The notes beneath the pieces were generated by a model, which was not told where the DNA came from, did not search any database, and worked only from the letters and a program-made list of their open reading frames with translations. Positions 25,325 through 37,200 of a stretch of DNA of 64,000 nt are shown here, piece by piece. How positions within the stretch are numbered: position 1 is the first letter of the stretch; each line of letters begins with the position of its first letter. The DNA comes from Ruditapes philippinarum. Lineage: Eukaryota. The position numbers and the translations under genes were made by a program. Location of the stretch: NCBI RefSeq assembly GCF_026571515.1, contig NW_026851631.1, forward strand, positions 310,001 to 374,000, in the 5' to 3' direction.

Positions 25325-26898
25325 TTTATTAAAATTTCACCTAGAAGGCTATGATAATCAATCAGATGCAAAATATTTACTTGATGGTTTTACTTTTGGT
25401 TTCAAGCTCCAGTATTCTGGTCCAAGACTTCCTATAAATTCAAAAAATTTAAAATCTGTTTCCTATTATCCAGAAGTTTTAAGGGATAAACTTTTAAAAG
25501 AAAAACAACTTGGTCGTATCTTAGGCCCATTTAATAAAAAGCCATTACCTAACCTTAGGATAAACCCAGTGGGACTTGTGCCCAAAAAATCAGGTGGCTG
25601 GCGTCTTATTTCAAATCTTTCTCATCCTAACGGTTTTTCTGTTAATGATTTTATTGATCCGGATGTATGCTCTGTACAATATTCAAAATTTGATAATGCC
25701 ATTGAAATTATACAAAGTTTAGGTATTTCTTCCCTCATTGCTAAAAAAGATGTTAAATCTGCTTTTAATTTATGTCCAGTCTACCCTGGTGACTTTGATT
25801 TATTAGGTATCTTTTTTGATGACACATACTGGATTCAAAAAATGTTGCCACAAGGAGCATCTATATCTTGTGCAATTTTTGAAAAATTTGCAACATTTAT
25901 ACAATTTTGTGTTTCAAAAAAGGCAAACTCTAATAATATTGATCACTTTCTAGATGATTTTTTTCTTTGCTGCTAAAAATAGAAATCAATGTCAAATGCT
26001 TTTAGATGCTTTTGATAGTATTTGTTATGATATGGGAATTCCTGTTAATGATGAAAAAACAGAAGGCCCAACCACGAAAATGGAATACTTGGGTTTCGAA
26101 ATTGACACTGCTGAGGGCACCATTAAAGTACCATCAGATAAAATTGAAAAAGCTAAATCCATGTTAGAAGAAGCTTTATGTTCCAAAAAAATAACTTTGA
26201 AGAAATTACAATCAATGGTAGGTCTTCTTAATTTTTTCTCAAAAGCTATTCCATCTGGAAGGGCATTTAATTGCCGCTTTTATGCAGCCATGTCTCAAGT
26301 TAAGAAACCATACCATTTAGTAAGACTTTCTTTAGGCATGAAAGAAGATATTAGAATTTGGTTGCTTTTTTTATATAATTTTAATGGTCAAACCATTTTT
26401 AGTGACCTTCTATGGACACCTGACAATCAGCTTGAATTATTTACTGATGCTGCAGGTTCAAAAGAATTAGGATGTGGGGCATATTTCCAGGGTAGCTGGG
26501 TTTATTTCAAATGGCCAGATTTTTGGAATAATGAAACCATGAGGGACATCACTTTTTTAGAAGTTGTCCCTATCTTACTAGCATTTTTAACTTGGGATTC
26601 CAAATTGAAAGGAAAAAAAGTTATTTTAAGATCAGATAATCTTTCTGTCGTTGACATCATCAATAAAAAATCTTCCCGCAACTCTAGAGTTATGTATCTC
26701 ATTCGTCATTTAATGTTAGCTCTTTTACTAAATAATGTACAAATTAAGGCCAGACATATATCTGGAAAGAAAAATCAAATTTCTGATGCTATTAGTCGAT
26801 TTCAGTGGTCAACTCTATGGAATTTACTCCCAGAAGGAGCCTCAAGAACCCCATCACCAATCCCAGAATCCTTCCTTCAACTCTTCAACCAGAAATAG
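25275..26898 (+). CDS. ORF2 reverse transcriptase + DIRS-type RNase H (one frameshift in a T run at ~25957-25963)
   Basis: GLVPKKSGGWRLISNLS, KKDVKSAF, LPQG, HFLDDFF, EKTEGP, YLGFEIDT; RNase H LFTDAAGS, ITFLEVVPI, SDN, HISGKKNQISDAISR; ORFs 25275-25976 and 25954-26898 join by removing one T. Confidence 0.92.
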
Positions 26899-27790
26899 GC
26901 AGGTTAATTCATGCATCTTTGTCTGAAAACACCCATAAAACTTATAATAGCGGAAGAAACGCATTTGACACTTTTCGTATTAACATGCATTATGGAAGAT
27001 GTTGGCCCCACCGTTATGGCATGTTGTTGAATACATTGCCTATATGTCACTAAATAATTATGCTTCTAAAACAGTAAATTGTCACCTTGCAGCTGTAAGT
27101 TACTATAATAAGATAAATGGTTATCTTGACGTAACACAGTCTTTCATTGTAAAACAAATGCTATCTGGTTTAAATAGAATTCAATTCCATAAAGATAACA
27201 GATTACCAATCACAATTAACTTGTTGCACAAATTACTTCCAAATTTGAAACATGTCTGTTCATCACAATACGAAGCTTGCCTTTTTTCTGTTGCTTATAC
27301 TTTAGCATTCAGTGCTCTTTTAAGAGTCAGTGAATTAACATTATCAAACAAAACCGATTTATGTAAAGCTTTAAAATTTAAAGATATCCAAATCACAGCA
27401 ACTACTATAAGGCTGTTCTTGCATGGTTCAAAAAATGACCAAATTGGCGAAGGTGCTGAAATTTTTATTCCAATCACTTATAGAAACAAATTTCTCTATG
27501 ATGCCTTGCAAGATTATTTATCTTCTAGACCAAAAATTGATGGGCTTTTCTTATGCCACTTTGATGGTTCACCAGTTACATCATATCAGTTCAACAATAT
27601 CCTGAAAAAAGTTCTACTTTTTTCTGGTGTTGGTACCACATTTTATAAATCCCATAGTTTTCGAATAGGTGGAGCAACTTACTTACATTCTATAGGAAAA
27701 ACTGATGAGGAAATCAAAATATTGGGTCGCTGGAAATCAAATGCATATAAAAGTTATATTCGCTTGAATATTCCAGATCTTTACATATAG
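26880..27790 (+). CDS. ORF3 tyrosine recombinase (one frameshift in a C run at ~27006-27009); start approximate
   Basis: ASLSENTHKTY N-terminus in frame 26805-27053 continues into 26999-27790 with RLPIT, LLRVSE, SKNDQ, HSFRIGGAT and LGRWKSNAYKSYIR (R-K-H-R-W-Y catalytic set). Confidence 0.92.
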
Positions 27791-27825
27791 TTAATTCATT
27801 AAAAGAAATTTAAGATTATTTTTAG

Positions 27826-28411
27826 ATCCTTTTCAAGTATGGGTGATTGGATCATCAATGATCCGAGATGCTTCGCAAAGATCTCAACTCAGACCAGATG
27901 GTGTTAATCTTGGCTTGGAGCACATCAATGGCTCAATCCTGTGGGATTTTCAGCCAGGCATGAAACTTGATCACTTTTTTTCAAGGTTACATAATTTAAT
28001 TTTAACTAAACCTTTGCCACATATGGTTATAATTCATTGTGGTGGAAATGACATTGGTCAAAACAGCTTATCTTATATCGTTAATTATTTAAAATATCTT
28101 ATGAAAGAATTGTTTACCACTTATCCAAATATTTTGTTTATTTGGTCGGGAATTATCCCTCGCATTGCATTTCGTAACGAATTTAATCATTCAAAGCTTG
28201 AAAAGGCAAGGAAAAGAATAAATAGTTCAATAGGGGGATTTTTTATTAAACATGGAGGTGGTTATCTACAATATCCCCAAATAAAAGAGTCTTCCCCAGA
28301 ATTATTTAGGGATAGTACCCACCTGACAGACCTAGGTGTTGAAATTATGCTCAACACATTACAGGGTGCAATTTTTCCTTTGCCACATCTTCCAATAGTA
28401 TACTCTGCTAA
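27826..28411 (+). CDS. ORF4 SGNH/GDSL-like hydrolase (esterase) of the YR retrotransposon
   Basis: Block I WVIGSS, block II PGM, block III IIHCGGND, block V RDSTH; preceded by a TTATTTTTAG acceptor; the true end is probably TAA 28409-28411 if one T is missing near 28372, otherwise the ORF reads to 28637. Confidence 0.82.
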
Positions 28412-28555
28412 TATTTTTACAAGATTTTGTCCATGGTTTTTATTTGACAACGTCCTGTTTCCGCTTTGCATAAGTTTCTTTATGGCGGGACACTCGTGCA
28501 TCTTGATTTACTCGTGTCTTGGCATTTGCCAGCACGTTGTCTCTTTTTCAAAATA

Positions 28556-28720
28556 TAAAAATTCACTTCCGACTGTCCGGAGTGTAATCAGCCATATGGG
28601 CTTTAGTAAAATTCACTTCCGATTGTCCGGAGTGTAATCAGCCATATGGGCTTTTAGTCATATTGTAATCATTATACTATATGTATTTCCGATTATCCGG
28701 AATACATATCCAGCCATTGG
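28556..28720 (+). repeat. Two near-identical ~50-bp tandem repeats plus a third diverged unit in the element 3' region
   Basis: TAAAATTCACTTCCGA(C/T)TGTCCGGAGTGTAATCAGCCATATGGGCTTT twice, then TTCCGATTATCCGGAA...CAGCCATTGG. Confidence 0.88.
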
Positions 28721-28797
28721 ACAAAATTCTGCCAAAACCATAGTAAATAGTTTTTAATCTAAAAACTTGGGTTGTTATATATCTTTCCTATCTTAAT

Positions 28798-28984
28798 AAT
28801 TGGCATTATGCGAAAAATTGTATTTTAATAATGCTTTTTATTAGAGGGGAGATACTCATGTCTTATTATAATGTTCATTGGGTTATACTAGTTTCCTCCC
28901 TTTTTGAAGCCTCTTGAAAGGGTAAAAGCTTTTCCTATTTGTTCGAGTATTTTCAATCATAATGTTTAATTTAAACGATCAAAA
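28798..28984 (+). repeat. 3' terminal direct repeat (A2) of the YR retrotransposon, followed by CCCACCC
   Basis: 187-bp match to 22486-22672. Confidence 0.95.
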
Positions 28985-29513
28985 CCCACCCTAGTTAAAT
29001 TTTAAAAAGTTGAAATATTTGTGTTTCTTACAACAATAAAGTCCGCAATACAAAAAAGAATAAAAGTGACCCAAAAAGATACAGTAAAGAAAATATTTAT
29101 CTGATTCTTTATTGTGTAATACATCATGGTTTATAAATGATTGAAAAAAGTATAAATGAATATGGACAAAGTATTGGCACATTAAGAATTACAAGTAGTA
29201 AATTGTCATGAAACAAAGAAGCGTATATTGAGATTGTGTTAGTAGGTAACAAGAAATAAGAATACATTTTATAACCATATTAATCAGAAACAAATACCAA
29301 CAGGAAACATAAAGTATCTGAAAAATGAATGAGTGCAACAACATAATACCGATGACGTCATTTCATGATCATTCTAATACGATTACACGTAAATGCACGC
29401 AGCCACAAAACATCACATATATCATAATATATAGAATTCGCTTACGTTTCTTATTGAGGAGAAATGTATATGATTTACACAAAACATTTATTTTTTCTAA
29501 ATCGCCATATTAA

Positions 29514-30590
29514 TAACAAGGTGAAACAAGGCAGTTTGAAGGACAGCTCAAACCCCTTCCGCAGCGGACATGAATGCGTACTTCTTGAGCTTTAACAAAT
29601 CATGACCTTGATAGTAATTATTTGTGCCAAATTTTATGAAATCTTCCATGAAGTCAAAACATTACAGAGAACATTTTACATTGACCTTGTGGGTAGCAAC
29701 CTGGATTTTGGTGATAATAATGGTGATGGTTTCTACCAAAATCTGGAAACAAAGTCATCTTAAAAATAGTGCAGCGTGTTTGGAGTGGACACGAAATATA
29801 GACTCTTTAATACTTGACCTTTTAGAATGACTTTGACCTTGAGGGTAGCAACCCAATTATTGCTCTCATAATGGTGATCAATTCAATATAATTCAATAGC
29901 TTTATTGTACAAAAGGCCTCCGTACGCAGTGTATACAATATACAATACAAATAAGCATTGCTGGAGATATAGTAATCGTCAAATTTCTAATACAATTATA
30001 AAGTAAAATTTGAATATAAATTATTCAACGCATTTAAGGAAATTATCTCTTTCTTTGCATAATGAATATACATAGCAACATTACATATCAATGACTCGTC
30101 TTTAGTTACTATCAAAGAGTAGAACTTTTCAATATTCGGATATTGATAAAAATACAATGGTATATAGTAATAACGTAAAGTTGCATATAAAGAACACACG
30201 ATAAGAAAGTGATATCCGTCCTCTAACATTGATTCACAATACATACAATCACGATGTCCTCTATCAATATTAAAATGTCTACCCTTTTCAACCATTAAGT
30301 GATCACTTGTGCCAAGTTGTTTCAAAAGATTTTTTACCAGTTCAATATTTATGGAGCGGACTTGAGATTTAGACTTTTTAACACTTGAACTGTAAGTGTG
30401 ATTTTGACCTTGGGTTTATCAACCTAAATATTGCGTTCTGCACATCGTCTTAAAATGGAAATCATTTCAAACGTTGTTGAGCGGAGACAAAAGTGTTACG
30501 GACAGACATACTGACAGAAGGACGGACGAACTGACAGACGGAGGCTATTCCTATAATCCCCTTACCGCTACGTGGAAGAGGATTATTAAA
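29514..30590 (+). mobile_element. HINE/pearl-like non-autonomous element (tandem core, GACA/GACG microsatellite, 3' hairpin)
   Basis: Starts AACAAG; degenerate TTGACCTTG.GGGTAGCAACC core repeats; GGACAGAC/GGACGGAC microsatellite; ends ATAATCCCCTT...AAGAGGATTAT hairpin. Confidence 0.7.
29881..30298 (-). mobile_element. 5'-truncated non-LTR retrotransposon 3' end (RTE-X-like C-terminal Cys/His region)
   Basis: HLMVEKGRH...CMYCE..EDGYHFLIVCSLYATLR..YIP; AATAAA plus ATTGA-type tail; flanked by GTGATCA at 29874-29880 and 30299-30305. Confidence 0.8.
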
Positions 30591-31047
30591 GACATGTTGT
30601 GTAACTGGAAATGGAAGAATTAATAATTTTAAATTGAAAACTTTATAAAGTTTGATAAAAATGAATCGTTTACATCTTGTAAAGAGTAAAATAAATGATA
30701 TTTTATATAATCACACAAAACCTTTTACCAGACACTTTGATGCCGATGCCTTGGCTATGAACAGAGCTTTCTATAAGACTAATTGGTGGTAATTTGGTAA
30801 TGGGCCACTTTATACAGCACAGTAATTTTAGACTCTTTATAAAAATTGAGGAAAACATTAATACTCGCACAATTCAAATAATATATACTAAAAATGTACA
30901 AAGCAACAACAAGGATATTGACAATGCTTTAAACGGTTATGTTATATAGATAAAAAAGCAACATCAAAGCAGATACACATGTTAAAACACTAAACTTTTT
31001 TCATAGTGGTTTACATCTACACAGTCTTGCAGAAAATAGATTAGCTT

Positions 31048-31215
31048 CTAAGTGACCACTGGATTTCTGTAAGGCGTTGACACTGGTTTTGAAACAAAGC
31101 TAGTTAATTTGTCACGTGATTCAACAGAAAATGTAGCTGCTCGCCTACCATTTCCATAAAATCCCAGCGGCGTTGCAAACTTTACATCCGGCGACGGGTA
31201 TCGAGTATTTATCAT
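31048..31215 (-). CDS. aGPCR terminal coding exon (cytoplasmic tail)
   Basis: TTTAG| MINTRYPSPDVKFATPLGFYG...PYRNPVVT-stop. Confidence 0.7.
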   Translation of the reverse strand: MINTRYPSPDVKFATPLGFYGNGRRAATFSVESRDKLTSFVSKPVSTPYRNPVVT

Positions 31216-34200
31216 CTAAAGTAGGAAGAAAATGTTTAAAATAAACAAACGATATTAAGTGAAGATAAACAAACGACATTTAGTGTGGAAAAAATGCAAA
31301 ATAATCGGAAACATAACAAGACATAGAAAATATTAAAAATAGACGAAAATAAAATGTGAAACCAATCAGAGCCCCATCAATGTGAAATGAAATACAGGCT
31401 AAACATGATATAATAGTCTGGCAATTTTATTTGAACAAAACAAAAGGTGCAAAACATTGACAACAATAAATCTAATAATAACAAACCTTATCCTTCCAAC
31501 CATCACTGTCGTTTTGAGTAGTAAAATTGCCACTATCAATAAATGATTTCCTCGGTTCTGGATAAACAAAAATTAGAATATAATAGTGTTTCTTAAATGC
31601 ACTAGATTTATCTACAACAACAAAAACATCCAAACAGATACGGTGTTCAAACGATTTACAACGGAACAACTGCAATGTTTACACGACCAATTTTTGAGAT
31701 GATGTAAGATTAAGACAACAAGTATGTTATGCAATAACATGAACTGTTATTTTCTATCTCCTTGGAACGTGAATCACCTTGAAATGTATAATAAACCATT
31801 TTCGGTTTACGAAAGTTAGCCTGTGTTGGATCTAAGAAATTCAAAACATTAAAATGAGACGTCACACTGTTTACCTAAAAAGTCTTTTGACTTCCTTTCA
31901 TCTATCGAAGTACTCCTCTGAAAAATAAACAAAATTGATGGACTTAAAAGCAACCATCTCCTGTAAACAATAACCTATTACATTATGTATACAAAGATCG
32001 GCTTTTCAGTTGTCTGATATCATATCATATCCAAACGAACATATCTGTGCTATTATAGTTTTTATACGGCATATCAAATCTGGAATTGAATACGACGGAA
32101 GCCGACATTTCTTCAGCTTGTAAACTTTTTCAAATATTTGGCCCTTATCTTTAAAAAAGCGCATGGTAACGCTAAATTCAAAATTTCCTAAGAAAAAATA
32201 AAGACGGCAACTAAAGTAGACTAATTGACTTTCATTTGCGAGAAACAAACAAACGGTGAAAATTCTCTGAAAATCTATTATTAGGAAAGAACAGTAAATA
32301 TACTCTGATATTAATATGTTCTGTTTCACAAAAAGTAACTTCTTCGCTAATCAGTGAAATACATTTCAAATCTACTTATGAAATAAACTGAAATTTACCT
32401 GTTATTTACTACATAAAATTATTTTTAGCCAATCAGATAATAGCATTTCAAAGCTTTCTATAGATCATATAATAAAACATATGTATAATAATATAATATT
32501 CTTTTTGCTAATATTTATATATCCAAGGACTTTAAGAGGACATTATTTTTATCTTTTTTAAATGGGTCAAAAACAGAAAAGGCCGGGTTGCATTTGCATA
32601 ACAAATATCATGATGCTGAAAAAATTTGCCACTGATCATCAATGTCGAAAGTTTAACTTAAAGTCGGTAAAAAGGATGTGGATAAGCAATAGACCTGAAA
32701 TAGAATCCCACGGTATGGGATCATGTGTCAATGCTGTATGCCAAATATCAAAAGGCTGTGATATGTAGTTGCTGAGACAACTGTTACGAAAATTTCCTAC
32801 CATTGACCATTAATGTCGAAAATTTAACTAAGTCGGTAAACAGGAAGTGGATAAGCAATAGACCTGAAATCAAATTCCAGGATATGGGACAAGGTATCAA
32901 TGATGTATGCCAAATATCAAGAGGCTGTGATAAGGTGTTGCTGAGAAAACTGTTACGAAAATTTCCTACCATTGACCATTAATGTCGAAAATTTTACTAA
33001 GTCGGTAAACAGGAAGTGGATAAGCAACAGACCTGAAATCAAATCCCACGGGTATGGGTCTACGTATCAATGCTGTATGCCAAATATCAAGAGGCTGTGA
33101 TAAGAAGTTGCTGAGAAAACTGTCACGAAAATTTCCTAACATTGACCATTAATGTCGAAAATTTAACTAAGTCGGTAAACAGGAAGTGGATAAGCAACAG
33201 ACCTGAAATAGAATCCCACGGTATGGGGCCACGTATCAATGCTGTATGCCAAATATCAAGAGGCTGTAATAAGTAGTTGTTGAGAAAACTGTTTCGAAAA
33301 TTTCCTACCATTTATGTCGAAAATTTTACTAAGTCAGTTAACCAGAAGTGGATAAGCAACAAACCTGAAATAGAATTCCACGGTATGGGACCACGTATCA
33401 ATGTTGTATGCCAAATATCAAGAGGCTGTGATCAGTAGTTGCTGAGAAAACTGTTACGAAAATTTTCCTACCATTGACCATTAATGTCGAAAATTTTACT
33501 AAGTCGGTAAACAGGAAATGGATAAGCAACAGGCCTGAAATAGAATCCCACGGTATGAGACCACGTACAATTCTGTATGCCAAATATCAAGAGGCTGTGA
33601 TAAGTAGTTGCTGAGAAAACTGTTACGAAAATTTCCTACCATTGACCATTAATGTCAAAAATTTAACTAAGTCAGTTAACCAGAAGTGGATAAGCAACAG
33701 ACCTGAAATCGAATCCCACGGTATGGAACCATATATCAATGCTGTATGCCAAATATCAAGAAGCTATGATAAGTAGTTGCTGAGAAAACTGTTACGAAAC
33801 ATTTTTCCCCGCCCGATTGCCTGTTCGCCCGCTGCCCGACATTCACCATACTATAACCCGGGTTTGCACCAGTGCAACCCGCCCAAAAATTCGATATAAC
33901 CTCCAAATGTCTTGAAGAAAAAATAATTAAGTGTAAAATTAAGTTTGTATATATACGACATTGTTATAAATATAATACATTGTTGTAAATATTTTACGCT
34001 TACCAACATGCTTTTCAACATTTCTTTAACCGATGATCTCCGTCTATTTCTAAGCTGAATAGCCGTCTTTACCTAAAAAAAAAATTTGAATAACTTTCAC
34101 CATTGAACATTGTTGTCTTCTCCTGAGGTTTATAAAATGATATGCTGATAAGCCAATACCATATCCTTGTTTAGTAATTCTATTAAACATTATATTTTAT

Positions 34201-37200
34201 AATGATCCTAAATTTGTTTAATTTATGGTTAACGAATGCAATTACCTACCTGTTCATTTAGGATGCAATGAAATAAAAATATAAAAAATCCCTGAAAAAG
34301 AAAGAATAACGATTTAGAATATATTTAATATTTAATATAAGATAACATTCTTTTCTGAAATAAAATATTTTAAACAGCTAACCAGACACTTTTAAAATTC
34401 AACTGTAAAACATATGCAATATATTTAGTTACTTATTTTTTCCTTTTTACATAACATTATTGTTTTTTAACAATACTCCTAAAAGCAAATCTTAGAAATA
34501 AATAAGTGTAAATTTTAAATACATTTAAAACCATGTATTGGACACGAATTGATTATGCCTACTAGAAAAAAAACTGGAGAAAAGCGTAACTGCAAATTAA
34601 TGTTCAGAGAGTAAATTTACAACTTCATGTTTGTACTTTACAAATGTATCTGGTAGTCATGATTAGATATGAACGTATTATATCATTTCACATATATTTT
34701 TATGAAGTTTATATTTTTTGCTAAATGGCCAAGTAGCAATAAAATAGGGAAAAGACGCATTTCTCTATCACCACATATTAACCTACCTGAAGTCCATTTA
34801 GTATTGCAAAAATATACTGAATGAAGTAAAAGCTATCATGCACGTAGAATATTCCTAGAATCCAGGACACCCCCATAACAGGAAGTAACACACACAATGA
34901 CCGGAAGCTTGTTCTGCATAAATAATACATAAGATTTTTATCAGACAAGATGGTATCGGTATTATTATCTGTTCATTGTAGAGACTGATATGAAGTAATA
35001 ATCTTACTTATAAGAAACTTAGTTTACTCATTTGAAACACATGAACTAAACAACCACTTTTATGTAAACTTGTTTTATTTACCTGTAATTATACTAACAT
35101 ATATTGATTTAGGTGTGAAAAAGATGATAATCTGAACACAACATGTGACCCCCTTCGACATGAAAATGCATACATTTTTTACGAGAAGGACACAAATGAA
35201 AGTTATTAATTGTTCATATAATTAAACTGATACTCAACATTTTCGATCTTTATGTTTTTGTGAAATATACATTTCCATTCAAAATATAATTTGTTGCAGT
35301 TGTGAGTAATATTTACTTTATTTTTTCCGAAGCTGTCTTCGTCTCCATTGCTTTTGTTTTGAACATTTTGCGAATCACAATAATTAAGCAAATTCCATTG
35401 AACTGAAATAAAAATGAAAGCCGCTTTGATTTATTTGAAATGAAATGCACTGAAACATGACTTGCCTCACTTCTAGTTATTTGAAAACATTTGGCAAAAA
35501 GGATGCTGCATTTTCACACAAAATGACTTATTTAGGACATTGTGAAATTTGTCCATAGGACACTTATGTCCCTACTTCATTGGCTCTCTAAGTGAATTAT
35601 TTGAATACTCCTTTGCATATTTTATAAAAGTCAAATGGTTTCGCAATCCTATGATTTCACGTATTGATTAAAAACGTATTTCATGTGTAACAGTTAACTT
35701 GACCTAATGATCCCAAAGTCAAAAGGTGTCCCCTTCATGTCTTTGGCAATGTAAATGAACTTATAGCAATTAATAAGAGAAATGTGCACATTACTAGGTT
35801 CATAAAACTTAGCATTATTCCTACTCAAGTTATCAAAAGAACGGGTAATTTACAAATCTTGTCATAGTGAACTTAGCCTTTGACCCTATGACATTTAAAT
35901 CAAAAAGGATTATATACTATTCAAGATCATCTTCCACACTTATCTCTAGTCATAGCTTATATGCAACCGTGACCATAACTGTTAAGATGTGTAATAATAA
36001 GTCATTATTAACCTCAAATTAAATAGTGTCTATTTCAAAGCCATAACCAACATACAAACAAAAGCTTTTGAATGTGATGTTAACAACAACTGTTAACTTG
36101 ACCTTTGTCATACTTAAAAATCAAAAGTGGTAATTTCCTTGTTATGCTAACCACCATACCGATTCAAAATACTGTTGGAAAAAGCGTTTTCTTTTTATAA
36201 TTCGGACAAGCTATCAGTAGTCAAGGCCATAGTGTCTGAACTTTGACCTATTGAGCGAATAAATAAATAGGGATAATCTTCTTGTCTTAACCAATCTCCA
36301 CACCAAATAGACTCCATCTCAAATTCTAGCTATCAACGTTTCTAACCTGTAACGTCAAGATTGACCAGTTAAAGGCACGTTATAATGTTATTTAACAACG
36401 CATACACATTGAACTCTTGATCATACTTACAGTAATTATACATAATGCAGGCCCAACAAAGGACCAAATCAAGCCATTTTCAACTGACAACCAGCAACTA
36501 AAATAAATAAATAATGCGTTGCAAAGATATTAAAATCAACCAAAATCTAATAATTATTATCTGATAACAATACTATGTTTATTCACATCAAACTTTTATA
36601 AATTGCATGAGATATAAACAAAATTGATTTTAAAGTATTTATCAAGAAATTACAAGTCTTGTTTTTAATTGTTTTAAATAAAAGTAGTTTCTTACAAATT
36701 GTCGTTGCCATAGCCTTCAGCTTGTGTAGCACCGAGAGAAATTACCACAATAATGGCAGGTATCACTGTAAACACAATAACATGTGCAAAACAAACACTT
36801 ATATTACCTGTCAAAAGTATTTAAACAGATTTTAAATGATTACTGTTGGGAATAACAAAGCTGATATAAAGTGAATCAATAATGATAGGGCTTGTAAATA
36901 TCAAAGAAAACATAAACATTTGCAATGAAAGTGCAGCAATGACATTTTGTTGCTGATTATACAATGGTATTGTTAAGTGTTGAAAAAGAAATGTTATAAT
37001 AGTATAATGTATAATGACCCCTGACGAGATATTTTTCGATAAAGAATGTTTCAATTGTTTCTTTATTCAGATGTGAGACCATCTACATTGACTATTAAAG
37101 CTACGATCGATCTACGGTTTAATTACAGACATTTACGGACATTTATTTTAAGAAATATCTTGAATTTTTCGATATCAATATGGTAGAACACTCGAAAGAA

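Larger units (their letters stand above)
22486..28991 (+). mobile_element. Tyrosine-recombinase retrotransposon (DIRS order, Ngaro-like), near full length
   Basis: Direct terminal repeats, gag-like ORF, RT-RNase H, YR ORF and SGNH hydrolase ORF in Ngaro order; no integrase or protease; no target-site duplication seen. Confidence 0.93.

Noticed and set aside
25954-25976. Programmed ribosomal frameshift within RT
   Set aside because: The break falls right after the catalytic DD in a T homopolymer; an indel or sequencing error is far more parsimonious
26999-27790. Phage integrase, prophage or bacterial contamination
   Set aside because: The YR has the DIRS/Ngaro-type HSFRIG...GRW.S..Y motif and is linked to gag, RT and RNase H between direct repeats in intron-rich DNA
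28412-28637. Hydrophobic C-terminal extension of ORF4 as a membrane anchor or env-like tail
   Set aside because: It runs through the non-coding 3' repeats and disappears if one T is restored near 28372; not excluded, but unsupported
32570-33889. Repeated short ORFs (32784, 33123, 33398) as a peptide gene family, or a CRISPR array
   Set aside because: They are translations of the ~170-bp HINE core repeat; no spacers or coding signal
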